Shown: in pieces, positions 1-12,886 of the stretch
Layout of the letters: every line of letters starts with the position of its first letter
Position numbering within the stretch: position 1 is the stretch's first letter
Source of the DNA: the human T2T-CHM13v2.0 reference genome, Homo sapiens
Direction: 5' to 3' (one strand)
NCBI RefSeq assembly: GCF_009914755.1
Contig: NC_060947.1
Length of the DNA stretch: 64,000 nt
Translations under genes and position numbers: made by a program
Notes under the pieces: generated by a model
Seen by the model: the letters and a program-made list of their open reading frames with translations, nothing else
Database searches by the model: none
Told to the model about the DNA's origin: nothing

Positions 1-415
1 AAAAATTGTTACTCTTACTTTACAGATGGGAAAACTGAGGCTTGGAAACGTTAAATGACTTGCCCAAATTCACAAAGTAAGAGGCAGAGCCATGATTGTA
101 GCATAGCAGACTGGCCCCAGACTAGCTCCTGACCACTATGCCTACTGCTGCTCTGATCATAGTAATAGCTACATTTTTTATAGCATTTACTATGTGGCAG
201 GTGCTATGTTGAGAATTATACATACATGATCTCATTCACCCTCTTAACAACCTGGGAGATGTGTGTGTGTTACTATAATCCCACTGAATATGAAGTCACT
301 GATGCTAGAGAGGTTAAGTAGCCTGGTCACATTGCCTGACTGATAGTAGAATCAAGATTTGAACCCAGTTATGTCTATCTCCAAAGCCCATGCTCTTAAC
401 CACTATGTGCTGCTA
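1..415 (-). mobile_element. Two adjacent MIR SINE fragments
   Basis: MIR core motifs in antisense: 'acagatgggaaaactgaggc..ttaaatgacttgcccaa' and 'gatttgaacccag..ctccaaagcccatgctcttaaccactatg'. Confidence 0.7.
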
Positions 416-656
416 TCTAAATTCTTCATGTACTTAGATACTTTGATGACCCCTAGCAACTAGCATTTCTTGTGTTGATGGATCAAATTGTACTTTAGTT
501 TTTGTAAGTAGTTCTGGCAGTAGAGGCAGGTAATTCCACATAGACAGCTAGAAAGTGCCCACAGGAAAGCCAAACTGGATTCTTGGCATCTGTCATGCTG
601 TGTGAGTGCCCCACAGGAGCTACTTATCACCTCTGTCAGGGAGGAGTTCGCCACCT

Positions 657-1010
657 GTGTCTTAGCAGCTCAGGTTGCTACAGTAAAGTGCCATAGACTG
701 CATGGCTAATAAACAACAGAAACTTATTTCTCACAGTTGCAGAGGCTGGAAGTCTGAGATCATGGTGCCAGCATGGTTGGATTTGTGTGAGGGCCCTCTT
801 CTGGGTTACAGATTGCTAACTTCTTGCTGTGTCCTCACATGGTGAAAAAGAGGACAAGAGAGCTCTCTGGGGTTTCTCTTACAAGGGCACTCATCCCATT
901 CACAGGGGCTCCACCCTTATTACCTAATCACCTCCTAAAGGCTCCATCTCCAAATACCTTCACATAGAGGATCAGGATTTCAACAAATGAATTTCGGGGA
1001 GACACATTCA
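657..1010. mobile_element. MaLR solo LTR (MLT1A/MLT1A0-like)
   Basis: Typical MLT1A segments 'ttatttctcacagtt..gaggctggaagtctgagatc', 'aagggcactcatcccattcac', 'gatttcaac..atgaattt..ggggagacacattca'. Confidence 0.75.
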
Positions 1011-1015
1011 ATTTA

Positions 1016-1469
1016 TGTATTGGAAATTTTTTAAAAACTCCATATTTTCCTGATTCCTCAACATCCCCACAAACCAACTGTGAGCACCCCACCCAGATGA
1101 CCATATACGCCTGTGTGATAAGGCTGGGCCCTGCCACAAGTTCCCCTTCTTGCCCTCCCCCAACTGGGACCTAGAGACATTCAGATGCACCAGTAAAATC
1201 CCCTCATACCTTTTGCTTACTCTGACTCTCAATAAATGCACTTGACCACAGGTCCCTGCTTTCTCAGTTCCCCACCTTCTTGGTTGAGCCTATTCCCTGG
1301 GAGCTCCTCCCATATGGCCCTGTGTGGTGTACCATGCCTTCTGTCTCTAGGGCCTGTGAGTATAATAAATCCTTTCATTTCATGTCCTTTCCCAGTATAA
1401 TTTCCATGGCTGTGTTTGGAGTGATCCTTAAAGACCCCACAAGGTTGACTTACTCCCCTTTACAACACA
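1016..1469 (+). mobile_element. Solo LTR, ERVL-type (MER73/MER74-like), apparently inserted at the end of the MLT1A
   Basis: TG...CA termini, internal AATAAA, 'ctagggcctgtgagtataataaat' motif; MLT1A-like terminus resumes after it; degenerate 5-bp flanks ATTTA/ATCCA. Confidence 0.5.
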
Positions 1470-2679
1470 ATCCATAACCAGCTGCTCTGCGCCAGAGACC
1501 CAGCTGTCAAATAGAGGCCTTGCCCTGGAATGAGGACAGTTTGTGGGCCTTCATTGGAACATCCAGCTTTGAGATAGGCCCCCAGCTCTTAGGAGCTGCT
1601 CTCATTAGCAGGGGGCAACCGTGTCCAACCTGTGGACTGCTGTGTACACATCCAAAGCAAGCTGACACTTGCTACATCTGATGGCTAGCAGATCCTGCTC
1701 CATACCAGCTGGGCTGATTTTGAAGCAGTGAAGGAGCACAAGCAACTAAGAGACACTCACCATGTTGTCGACAGCCAATGGTAGACTCTGCTCTAACACT
1801 GGCAAAGCTAGCCTCATGCCATGTGGGTATACAAGCTAAGTAAGACCCACTGGAAAACATTCAGGCTTGATGATGACAGTGCAACCCCCAGTCTCAGCTC
1901 TATAGCCTCACCTCCCTTTTGTTAAATATTGTGAGTAAAGGTGTTCTGACTGCCTACAGAGCTGCTGGGGCTGGTGCCTGCCTAGAGCCCCCAATAGTAG
2001 TAGTTTCTGGGAGTCAGGAATCTCATAGACTTGGCTTTGCTCCAGTAAGCCCATTTATCAACCCATACCAATCCCCTACTGCTGATCTGGTTTGTAAGTC
2101 TGTTAATTAGCATGAGCAGGCACTATGCTAGGCACAGGGGATAAAGTGGGAAACAAGCCAGAATACAATTCCTGCTTTCAGGGGGGCATGTTTAGGGCAT
2201 GAGATGGACATTAAATGAATATTACACAATTTATCAGATTACATGATGAATTCCCCCAGGAGGTTATAGGGCAAGGCCTTATGGGTCTTTTGAATACCGA
2301 TTTTCTGTGCTACCTGTAGGTGCTTGGTCTTGCCTGGCTCTAAGTCCCAAGGCTGTAGCTTTGACTACACCCATCAGTGTTGCTGTGGGCACTCCAGGAA
2401 GCTTCCTGGGCTGGTTTACTAATGCCCAGGGTACCAAGAAAGTGTACTACCAGCAGGTTATTTGACACAGGAGCTGACCCCAAAGACCAGCAACCTGAGG
2501 CCAGGAACCAGTACTAATTATCAAGCACGAAACTAGACACCATGACTTTACAAGAACCATCTAAGTCCTACTGCAGTAATGGTGGATGATAGTACCAAGT
2601 TCCCCTTATCCTAGAGCCCTCAGATTCATGAACTTTAGGAGGTCAAAAATCAGCACTCTCTCCTTTTCCTTCTACATGA

Positions 2680-3720
2680 TATCCTTCTCAGTGTCCTTTG
2701 CTGACTCCTCCTCTGCTTAGCCTCTTAATGTTGGGGAGCCCCACAGTTCAATCTGTTTCCATCTTCTTTTTACTATATACACATTCTCCCTGGGTGATCT
2801 TATGAAGTCCATGACTATAGATAACAACATATGCTGATGACCTCCAAATGTATGTTTTTAGCCCAGATTCACATCTCCAACTGCCTAACTGGCATCTCCA
2901 TGTAGATATTTCTAAAGGCTTTTCAAACTTAGCAAGTCCAAAATTGAACGTTGATTTTTGCCCCCAAACACTGTTCCTTTTCCAGCCTTCCTTGGCTCAG
3001 TGATTGGCACCACCATTCACCAAGTCATTCAAGCCCCAAATGTATGATTCATCCTAGGCTTCTTCTTTTCCTCAGTCCCCACATCCATTTTATTAGAAGT
3101 CCCTTGAATCCTAAGTCCAGCCTCCTTTCTCCATCTCTACCGTTATCACCCTAGTCCCAGTCACTATCATCGCTTTCCTTTACACTTACAGTGGAGGCCC
3201 TCCCTCTTCTGCTTTTGCTTTCTTCCAATCCAGTCTCCACAACGGCAGCCAGTGATCTACCTTCAGTGACTATCCATCATGTCATTGCTCTTCCTAGACT
3301 CATCCAGTTTTATCTAAAATGGGATTCAAAGTCTTTACCACAGTTTGGGAAACTCTTTACGATCTGCTTTTAACCCTCCCTTCCACCTCATCCGGTGCTA
3401 CTACTTCTCTTTATTCACCATAATCTTGGCCTTTTTCTGTTCCTTGAACATACCAAGCTCTTTTCGGCTTCGAGGCCTTTGCACACACTGTTTCCTCTGT
3501 CTGGAATGCTCTTGGCCCCACACTTCATGTGCCATCCTGTCCTGCCTTAGAGAGGCCTGAAGTAGGTATGCCCCTATTATTCTCTATTTCAGCCTCTTAC
3601 TTGTTTTCTTCATAGACCTCATTAGAACTTGCAAGTATCTGTTGCTTCCTTTTTCATCTGTTTACTTGATTTTGAGGTAGGGGGATTCTGTCCACCCCAC
3701 TAGAATGTAAACTCCCTGGG
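2680..3720 (+). mobile_element. L2 LINE 3' portion (degenerate RT region and 3' end)
   Basis: 'tatgctgatgacctccaa' encodes the YADDLQ RT motif; typical L2 'ctctgtctggaatgctct' and 'cccactagaatgtaaactcc'. Confidence 0.75.
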
Positions 3721-4044
3721 GGCCACCACCACTGCCAGTTGTACTTGGAAGTTAAAATATAGGTTAACTAGGAAAAATAAGTCATTTCCATCAGAATTAT
3801 TACATTTATCAAATAATTACCAGGGTTTCTTTAAACAAAAAGCTCTTCTTCAGCATCTAAAGTTATCTGATTTACAAATGCCTGATTCATTCCTAACTTT
3901 CCTGGCATTCTCCTATCTCAAAACAAATAACTTATATGTATTTCTACTTTATTTTATTTGGTGTGAAAATGAGAAAGAAATTTTGTGAGTGTATCAAGAT
4001 GGGAAGGATCACCCTTTTTTTATCCTTTTAATGACCTTCAAAGA

Positions 4045-4285
4045 AGGCAGTGTGGTATAACAGAAAGAACACTCTCTGGCTTGCAGACGAATGGAAGAAA
4101 TGGCCATCAATCTCAGCTCTGCACCAATGATCTGTGTGACCTTGCTGAAGGTACTTGACTTCTCTGAGCCCCATTTTATACATGAGAGTATTAATACCTT
4201 AAGACAGTTATTTTAAAGATGAAGTAAGATTTAGGTCTTATAAAGGTAACTGGCATGTGGTAGGTGCTCAGTGAAAGTTCATTCT
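4045..4285 (+). mobile_element. MIR SINE
   Basis: 'ggcagtgtggtata..', 'ctgtgtgaccttg..acttgacttctctgagcc', 'tggcatgtggtaggtgctca'. Confidence 0.7.
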
Positions 4286-4340
4286 TTTCCCTTTAGGGTT
4301 AGTCACTGAGAAAAGCATTGCTTCTTCATTTCTCTATTTT

Positions 4341-4713
4341 TATTATGTTTTTAGTTTTGTTTTTGTTTGTTTGTTTTATTTTAATAGTTTTTGGGGAACA
4401 GGTGGTTTTTGGTTACATGGATTAGTTCTTTGGTGGTGATTGCTGAGATTTTGGTGCACCCATCACCCAAGCAGTGTACACTGCACCAAATGTGTAGCCT
4501 TTTATTTCTCACCTTCTTCCCCCCTTCTCCTTGAGTCCCCAAAGTCCATTATATCATTCTTATGCCTTTTCGTCCTCATAGCTTGGCTCCTACTTATAAG
4601 TGAGAACATACGATATATGGTTTTCCATTCTTGAGTTACTTCACTTAGCATAATGGTCTCCAACTCCATCCAGGCTGCTGCAAATGCCATTATTTCTTTC
4701 ATTTTTATGGTTG
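4341..4713 (-). mobile_element. 5'-truncated L1PB-like 3' end
   Basis: Antisense L1 ORF2 C-terminus (EIMAFAAAWMELETIMLSEVTQEWKT), L1PB-type 3'UTR, T-rich tail; degenerate TSD catt(t/a)ctctat at 4327 and 4714. Confidence 0.85.
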
Positions 4714-4744
4714 CATTACTCTATGTTTAAATGGTATGTCCTAG

Positions 4745-4935
4745 GCTACCTACTTGATTTTTGCTTTGGGGTAATTTATGGCTCTTTCCAAAAATCAAAT
4801 TCACCCCACAAAGATATAGGTTTGTCACCATTGAAGAGATTCTTAACAATATAGTGCACACTCTGAAGGTAGTCCCCAAAAAGGGGTCTCAAAAATACTT
4901 TCAACAGTGTCAGTATCACTGTGATAACTGGCCAG
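4745..4935 (+). mobile_element. Mariner-derived fragment (MARNA-like)
   Basis: Translation LWLFPKIK..RFVTIEEI..TLKVVPK..QKYFQQCQ resembles the mariner transposase C-terminus (FWLFPKLK..RFxTIEDI..LKAIPKEEFQKCFxQW). Confidence 0.65.
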
Positions 4936-6294
4936 ACCCCCTGTGAGCTGTATAGGTTCACATACATTTATTGAAATTAAAACAGCAGCATCCATGCTTG
5001 TTACTTTCCAGGCATATCTTTTGATATGAGACCATCATTTCAAAGTGAATCGAACCCATCTCATGTACTTAAAGATCCTGTTTCGATATGACTGCCTTTG
5101 TGGGAAGTATTTCAGGAGCAAAGACCCTGCACTGGCTAGCTCTTGGCAGACCCGATGGCCTGTTAATAGGACTAGTTCCTACACTGAGACCATCTTGAAC
5201 TCAGGAGTGGCCTTGAGGCTAAAAGACAAAAGCAGAGTTTAGAGAAGTTAATGAATGAATTCATGCTGGCAAATGTTTCTCTTGGGCCAGAACTCCCATT
5301 GATTCCTTTCACATTCCCTGTCCCTGTTTCTCAGAGGCCTCCAGTTACATATGACAAATGGCTGATCATCCAAGCGAAGTGACCTGCCATTCAATAAACT
5401 ATATCTCAACCAGTGTAGAAGGCAGCTCATTTTTCTCCTTAGGGATCTATTCTCCCTTCATCTGTATGAATATCCTAAATGGGGTTCATTGAGGCCATTA
5501 CCTGTGCTGAGGGAAGAAAAGCTCCTCTAATCTGCCTGCAGAATCTTTCTTTCCTGTAGAAAGATTTTGGAAAGGCTCTAAAAGTTTTATTACTTCAAGT
5601 TAGGCTTGGCCAAATTACTCACAAGTGCTGAATCCTCCTAGGGGTGTCAGCTTGACGGAAGGAGACCTATTCAGATTGGGGACTGCATTGAGGCTGCCAA
5701 CAAAGACCAATTAGTCTTGATTGGGCTGGTTGCCTTTGGAGGGTGAATGCCCTCAGACCACCAACTCATGCCACCAAAGTGCTCATCCCACCCAGGAGTC
5801 AGCTACTTTCTCTCAGTTCCCACTTGGGCTTCACATGACCTCTGGGTCAAACACCTCTCTCTTGCCCTTGCTTTGGTTCCTGCTAGGTTGTGGATAGTGT
5901 GCTTGCCCCCAAATGCATTCTTTTCCCAGTCTGTCTGAAAGCTGGTCAGGTTTGCATGATTGTTGTGAGAGACTAAGCAATGTAACTCTCCTTGTGAAAA
6001 TCCATGTGACTTTATTTTGACATATTTTACTTCTTGGTGGCCCAGACTGTAAGCTTATTTGGAGGAATTCAGATCTAATCTTTAGATTATAGCCATTTAC
6101 AAGGCTCTACATTTCTGTAACTGGAAATGTATTTAAGCAATGTGATGATGACTTTCTCCCAAAGACCATTTATTGAGCACCTACAAAGTACAATTCAATG
6201 CATGGTGTTGGCCGTTTAAGACAAAACCTCTTCCTCTCCAAGAGCTCGCTGACAATAAGGGGTTAAAGCCAAGTACACAAATGATTATGTAACA

Positions 6295-6845
6295 ACAGCT
6301 TAATTTCATTAAGCATTTATTATGTGCCAGCACTATGTTAAGTGTTACACATATTTTATTTTACCCTCACAAGTCCACAGTCTTTTATCTACAATTCTAA
6401 AGTACAAAGTTTTTAAAAACTCAGAGTTGATTCATATGATTTTTTCCAGAACCAATTTGGCAGTAAAAGCTGACCTGAACTGACATGAGGTTCTTTTTCA
6501 TTTTAACCTACTTTGTGTAATTATTCAGTTGTTTCACTGTAGAAGTACTAAGGTGTTTGCTTTCAAGGCAGTATCCCTTCTGAGGGGTGTTTTGTAGCAT
6601 ACAAAATGTGCACTATACCGTTTAAAATCCCCAAATCTTTGAATTCTAAAACTCTCATGTCCTCATGATTTGAGAATGAGGAAATAAAACTATTATTGTG
6701 TTCATTTTATAAATAATGAGACTGAGGCTCAGAGAAGTGATGCAACTTTGTCATAATCACACCACGAGAGATTAGAAGCACCAAGATTGAAACCCAATTT
6801 TGTCTGACTCCAGAGCCCATACTATAAACCACTGTGCAATACCAA
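6295..6845. mobile_element. MIR interrupted by a Tigger-type MITE (MER46C-like, ~6370-6690)
   Basis: MIR halves at ~6295-6370 and ~6690-6845; inner segment has 'agtccacagtcttttatc', 'ctgacctgaactgacatgagg', 'gaattctaaaac'. Confidence 0.5.
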
Positions 6846-8779
6846 CCTCTCATCAGAAAACAGTGTAGCAACTATCATAGAAGAGGGTCAGGCTGAGGCT
6901 CCAGGGGATCTGATGAAGAAAGGGGACCTCTCATTGGGGGGTTAGTTAAAGCTCCAAGAAGGAAATGTGCATGTGGAACTGTAGCTTGAAGGAAAGAGAG
7001 GACTATGAAAAGGGGAAAGTAATCTACCCAAGGCACATTTGGGTAAATAGCAGGTAGCCTTGGCTAGAGAGGGGAGAAGCTGGAAATCAGACTGAGAAGG
7101 TACGTAGGGGCAGAGTAGGAAAAGCCAGGGTGACTAGAGTAAGGAGTTTGCAATAAGAACCAGTTATGTTCCCATGGGATCCCAAAGCATATATTGGACA
7201 TCATGTCATCTTGCCTCCATCCTGCCTTGGAGGAGGAAAGTGCATAATGAATATCCCCATACTTTTTGGCTGGCATTATTTTATTTATTTTTATTAAGCA
7301 AATTAACAGGGTACATTGAAAAGGCAGCCAAGAAATTGAGGAGTCAAGAAAAGCAACAGTCGTAAACATCTAGAATAGAAGTATCTGAGCTGGGCTTTGT
7401 TGCTCCTTTGCAAGCAGAGAGTTAAAATTTAACCAAGGCACTCATGCCTCACTGCAGCTGGCAGGGATTCAGTGGGAACCTGCCGGCACCCACATGATAA
7501 CTCACAATCCCCCTCCTGCGCTTAAACAACTCTTTCCTCCTCCTCTTATTTGGAATCCCAGTAAAGGTCATAGGGGAATACATCCATTATCAGGAATTTA
7601 AACCTAAAATCTAAGTATGTTCTCTTTTGTCATGAATAATCAAAGTTCTAAACTGATATTTTAGAAATCAGGTGCAGTTCATGAGTAGTGAATTGAGTGT
7701 GTCTAATTACATTTTATAGTCATTTAACAGCTGTTAATAATGTAATTTTGTGTTATGCCCAATTTGCACTGAATTACTTTAATAGCACACATTGTATTTA
7801 TTTTCCTTTTGGTGAAACAGTAATCAAACACTAGGGACTCAAGTTGGACATGGAAATAAATGATTTATTATTTTTACAGGTTTGAAGAACAGGGATTTTT
7901 AAAAAGAAAAGAGTAAATCCTATTATAAAACTAAGAGTAGTTGAACACACCCAAATGCATTTGTTTTCTCAGGCATTCCTTTTCGTAAAAATAATAATAC
8001 TAATAATTTAATGAGCACAATACATTTGTTTCCTATCCAAGTCTGTATCGTTTGATGTGCACCAAGTGTTTGCAAATATACATTTGACTGACAAGCTAAT
8101 GAGATTTCCCCTCCCACCCCCAAATATCCTTCTGAAATGAAAAGTCCAGATTTCTAAGTTTTTGGTGTATGAGTGAAAGAGACACAGCATTCATTTAAAT
8201 AGACTCCGCAAAGGAAACTTTCCAAGGTGAGGCTAGAGCAGAAAAGCAGTGTAAAGACAGGAGGGAATACAGCTTTAATAGAAGAAAAAGGCAAACAAGG
8301 TAAGCAGGTATTTCTCCCACAAGTTAGAAGAAACTTCTACGTGAGACCTTAATTAGGGTAAAAAGAAGGGTCAATCCTGGACCCCCCTGCCCCCAAAATG
8401 GTGGGATAATTGGAATGGTACATTATGAAAGGCCTGCTGTACATTTCCCATTCACTTTAAGCACTTGAAGACCCAAGCATCTAATACTGTGCCCATATGG
8501 AAGTGTTTTCTGCAGCCCACATGGATCAATGCCCTTTGTATTTGAAGCAAGCTACAAGAGTAGAACAGAAAGGAATTCTCTCTAGCTGTGGGACACTGGC
8601 TGCCATCACTCCATCCAAGACTTGACTTAGCATTTTCTGCCTTTGCCCACTTGCTTCCTAGGGCCTATGTGGGAAGAACTACAAATGGATGGCCTTCCCT
8701 CCAGGAGAGCCAGAGTTATTTTGCAATCTGTCGATAGTAGGAGGCTAATTTCATCTCCACTATTTCTCAGGCCCTAGTG

Positions 8780-8975
8780 ATTGGGGCAATGTTGTGTCAA
8801 GTGGGGGAGAGTGGTGGGAGAGTTCCACCCCAGGTGCAGGCAATAAGGAGGAGAGGATGGCACTGCCTGTGGTGAATTTAAAAACAATAATAAAACTGAC
8901 TCAAAGTCTGTCTGCTTTTCATGCTCATCATGTGCTAGCCATCCTAAACAATGTCAGTGATAAAATCCTTCTTCC
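8780..8975. mobile_element. Ancient MER-type DNA transposon remnant
   Basis: 'ccaggtgcaggcaataagg..gaatttaaaaacaataataaaactgact..ctaaacaatgtcagtgataaaat' recalls a hAT-class MER consensus. Confidence 0.45.
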
Positions 8976-9824
8976 TGCGGGGTTGCCTGCTCCCACTGCT
9001 GCTGTTCTCACGTGGGTATTCCATTGGGTTGTGGGTGGGGGTGGGGCTCTGAGCCCTCACACTATGGGAGAGTTACTGGCCCCCAACCCCTCCAGGCTGT
9101 ACCCCTTTCTTGTAATGGTGGGCATTATTATGTTATTCTGCAACTAGCATCAAAGTCACTCTCCTCTAGGCCTCCTGCTGGTCCTGATTAGCAGCTGCCA
9201 CTTCTGTACCCATGTTCTTTAGCCTTTGCAGGGCTCTTCTCATCACTGCTGTTGCTCTTGCCAGTGTGTGGGTGGGTTCTCTTCCTGCCAATGTTTGCAG
9301 CTCTTTATTAGCTTCGTAAAGGGTGTTGTGGCTCTTTTAGTTGACAGAGCTTTCTGTTGAAAAATTTGGGACAAGTTGCCAAGGGCTGGCTTGAGGGCAT
9401 TTAAGTGACACCACCCGATGTCTTACTTCTGCCAACAATCAGCCACTGTCCCCAGCCAAAGCACATGGCCTTTGGATCTTTCGTGCTTCAGGGTGAATTC
9501 TTTCCTTACCCAGAGCACTAGTCTCAGAAGTTGGTGGATAAAGGGATAGACTTGAGGCTTAATCCTGGGATCCTGGAGACTAACTCCAAAGGTACAGTTC
9601 TCTTCACCTGACCAATCTTTCAGGGCTGTTAGGACAGAGTTCAAGATTTGACCGTGTGTGTTGAGGGGTGGGGATTGGGGGGGCAGTACCTATGCTTGAG
9701 TCAAGGAGCATCTAAACCTATGCAACTGCCTCTATAGTCCATAAAAATACAGAGGTTGAGTTATCTCAAAAAGACCTGGCATGGGATTCCTTAGTACACC
9801 TTCACTACAATAGATGGTCTCCTT

Positions 9825-10350
9825 TTTCTTAATCTGTTTTTGGAAAATGGATCCCTTTGAGAATCTAATGTAAACTATGCATGCTTACCTCAGAAAAATG
9901 CACACCTCTACATATGTCCAGAATTTTCTATACCACTTAATTGATTTCAGAGATTCAGGTTGTCCAGAAATTTCAGGTTATGAAGTGCTCTAGCAAGTCT
10001 TCCTATTCTTACTGCCTCACTCTGTCCAGAAAAATATCCAGGGCCCTCTTCTCCATTAAAAACAGGAGGCACAAAGCCTAGTGCCCACAATAATTTTAGG
10101 AACTCATGAAAATGTCTTAATTTATTTTAAAATCAGAAGAAAAACTTTGGACTATTACATCAAAGAAAATGTTTTAGTATATAATAAAACATATTCATCT
10201 TTATAACAGTGCAGTAGTAAAACATAAGTTTTATATTTTTATATATCTGGATGCTCCAGTGGTGAGTGCACTTTATATTTTTATGGAGGAAGAGACCCAT
10301 ATAAAGTCATAAGCATTTAGGATCAATGAAAGTCATAATGCAGCCCAGAA
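9825..10350. mobile_element. Two hAT-type MITE remnants (~9825-9990 and ~10060-10350)
   Basis: 'ccctttgagaatctaatg..cagaaaaatgcacac' and 'gaaaatgtcttaatttattttaaaatcagaagaaaaa..tttatggaggaag..gaaagtcataatgcagccc'. Confidence 0.45.
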
Positions 10351-11312
10351 AAGACCTATTACAGTATTGTGGAGACAAAGGATAGACAAAATTGTTGTGC
10401 ATGCACACCTCTCCATGCAAGGAGACAAGGGACCTGTACTACCTTCTCATGAGGGTGGTAGAAGAGCACAGGATTTAAAATTGGGGGATGTGAATTCCAA
10501 TCGTGGCTCAGCCACTGACTGCTGTGGGACCTTGAGAAAATTATCTCACTTCTGATTTTCTTCATCTGCTAACTGGACTTAAATCTAAAAACTCTACCTG
10601 GACCCCACTCAGGTGTCTAATACTCTGGGATATAATAAGAAAACGTATGTTGAAAAGTGCTTCATAAATCTTAAAGTACACGAGATTGTAATTATTAGCA
10701 TGACAATCCCAGACTGGAAGCATTAGTGATGGAAACCACTCTGAAGTGAGTGGCATGTCTACTCTTGCTGTTGATGAAGGTCACAGATCCCCAGGATAAT
10801 GAAGAAAAGGATGACTCTGGAAGGAATGGCTAGAGATACAAACCCACAATCCAATTCAGGTAACTGAGTATAAATGTGATTGTAAAGTAGCAAAGCTAAC
10901 TTTCAGACAGAGGTAACACTTTTTGAATCTTATCTAAATAAATGCTGTTCTTCTAAGTATTCATCCTGAATGGTTATACACTATTCCTACCCATGCTAGC
11001 TGTCAAATAACTTTAATAACTCTTTTGGGAATTGTCTTCAGGTCTAGATTATAAACTCCATGCAAAAATTATTGTCATATATAAAACTGGATTTAAAATT
11101 GGAAGATCTAGTTTCATGCTTCAGCTCTGTTGCTAATCAGACTGGATCAAAACAAAAACAAAAACAAAAACCAGACACATGAGCTGGAAGCTGCCCACTG
11201 ACAAGGCCATTTCTTTTCAGCTCGTATAGGCCCTGATCCACCTCTTTGATTTCTGTGTAGTCTTAAAGACCTATCAATTTACTTTGTGACCTAGAGAGTG
11301 AGCAGGGCTGGT

Positions 11313-11340
11313 AGCAGCAGCGGCGGCAGCAGCAGCAGCA
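11313..11340 (+). repeat. Short imperfect (CAG/CGG)n trinucleotide repeat
   Basis: agcagcagcggcggcagcagcagcagca. Confidence 0.8.
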
Positions 11341-11826
11341 ACTACCATCAAGGGCTTAAAATCATGGGAAAGAGCAGGAGTTGCTCTATTTATATCAGAA
11401 AAAAAATAGCTTTTAAGGCGAAAACTATAAGAAGGGACAAAGAAGGTCACTATGTAATGATAAAGGGGTCAATTCAGCAAGAGAATATAACAATTTTTAA
11501 ATATATATGCACAAAACACTGGAGCACCCAGATATATAAAACAAATATTATTAGAGCTAAACAGAGACATGGACACCAATACAATAATAGCTGAAGATTT
11601 CAACACCCCACTTTCAGCACTGGACAGATCTTCCAGATAGAAAATCAACAAAGACACATCAGACTCAATCTGCACTACAGACCAAATGGATTTAATAGAT
11701 ATTTACAGGACATTTCATCCAAGGGAGGCAGAATACACATTCTTTTCCTCAGCACATGGATCATTCTCAAGGATACACCATGTTAGGTCACAAAACAAGT
11801 TATAAAATGTTGAAAAAATAGAAATA

Positions 11827-12118
11827 GGCCAGGTGCAGTCACACACACCTGCAATCCCAGCACTTTGGAAGGCCCAGGCACTCAGATCACTTGAGCTCAG
11901 GAGTTTGAGACAAGCCTGGACAACATAGCAAAACCTCATATCTACAAAGAAATGCAAAAAATTAGCCAGGTGTGATAGTGCACACCTGTAGTCTGCACTA
12001 TCTGGGAGGCTGAGGTGGGCAGATGACCTGAGCCTGGGAAGTTGAAGCTGCAGTAAGTCATGATTGCACTGTTGCACTGCAGCCTGGGTGACATAGTGAG
12101 ACCCTGTCTTAAAAGAAA
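11827..12118 (+). mobile_element. AluJ inserted in the L1MA
   Basis: Dimeric Alu with J-type 'gctgcagtaagtcatgatt' and 'gagaccctgtct'; flanked by aaaaa(t)(a/t)gaaata duplication. Confidence 0.9.
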
Positions 12119-12851
12119 AATTGAAATAATATCAAGCGTCTTCTCTGACCACAATGGAATAAAACTAGAAATTAGTAATGAGAGGAATTTTGGAAACTAC
12201 ACAGGCACATGGAAATTAAACAATATGCTCGTGAATGACCAGTGGGTCAATGAAGAAGTTAATAAGGAAATTGAAAAAATTTTTGAAACAAATGATAATG
12301 CAAACATGACATACCAAAACCTATGGCATAGAGCAAAAGCAGTACTAAGAGGGAAGTTCATAGCTAGAAATGCCTACATCAACAAAGAGAAAAAATTTCA
12401 AATGGGCAATCTAATAACGCAACTTAAAGAACTAGAAAAGCAAGAGCAAATCAAACCCAAAATTAGTAGAAGAAAATAAAAAATAAAGATCAGAGCAGAA
12501 ATAAATAAAATTGAAATTTTTAAGAAAGTGCAAAATATCAATGAAACAAAAGTTGATTTTTTGAAACGTTAAACAAAATTGACAAACATTTAGCCAGACT
12601 AAGAAAAAAAAGAAGATCCAAGTAAATAGAATCAGAAATGAAAAAGGAGACATTACAACTGATACTGCAGAAATTCGAAGGATCATTAGTGGCTACTATG
12701 AGCTACTGTATGCCAATAAATTGGAAAATCTAGAAGAAATGGACACATTTCTAGACACATACAACCTATCAAGATTGAACTATGAAGAAATACCAAACCT
12801 GAACAGATCAATAACAAGTAATGCGATTGAAGCTATAATAAAAAGTCTCCC

Positions 12852-12854
<3 letters not shown>

Positions 12855-12885
<31 letters not shown>
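12855..12885 (+). repeat. Poly(A)31 run expanded inside L1 ORF2
   Basis: 31 consecutive A between 'cccagt' and 'gcctgg'. Confidence 0.9.

Positions 12886-12886
<1 letters not shown>

Noticed and set aside
11313-11340. CAG/CGG repeat as a coding polyQ/polyA/polyS tract
   Set aside because: Short, interrupted and not in a credible exon; the ORF runs into L1 sequence.
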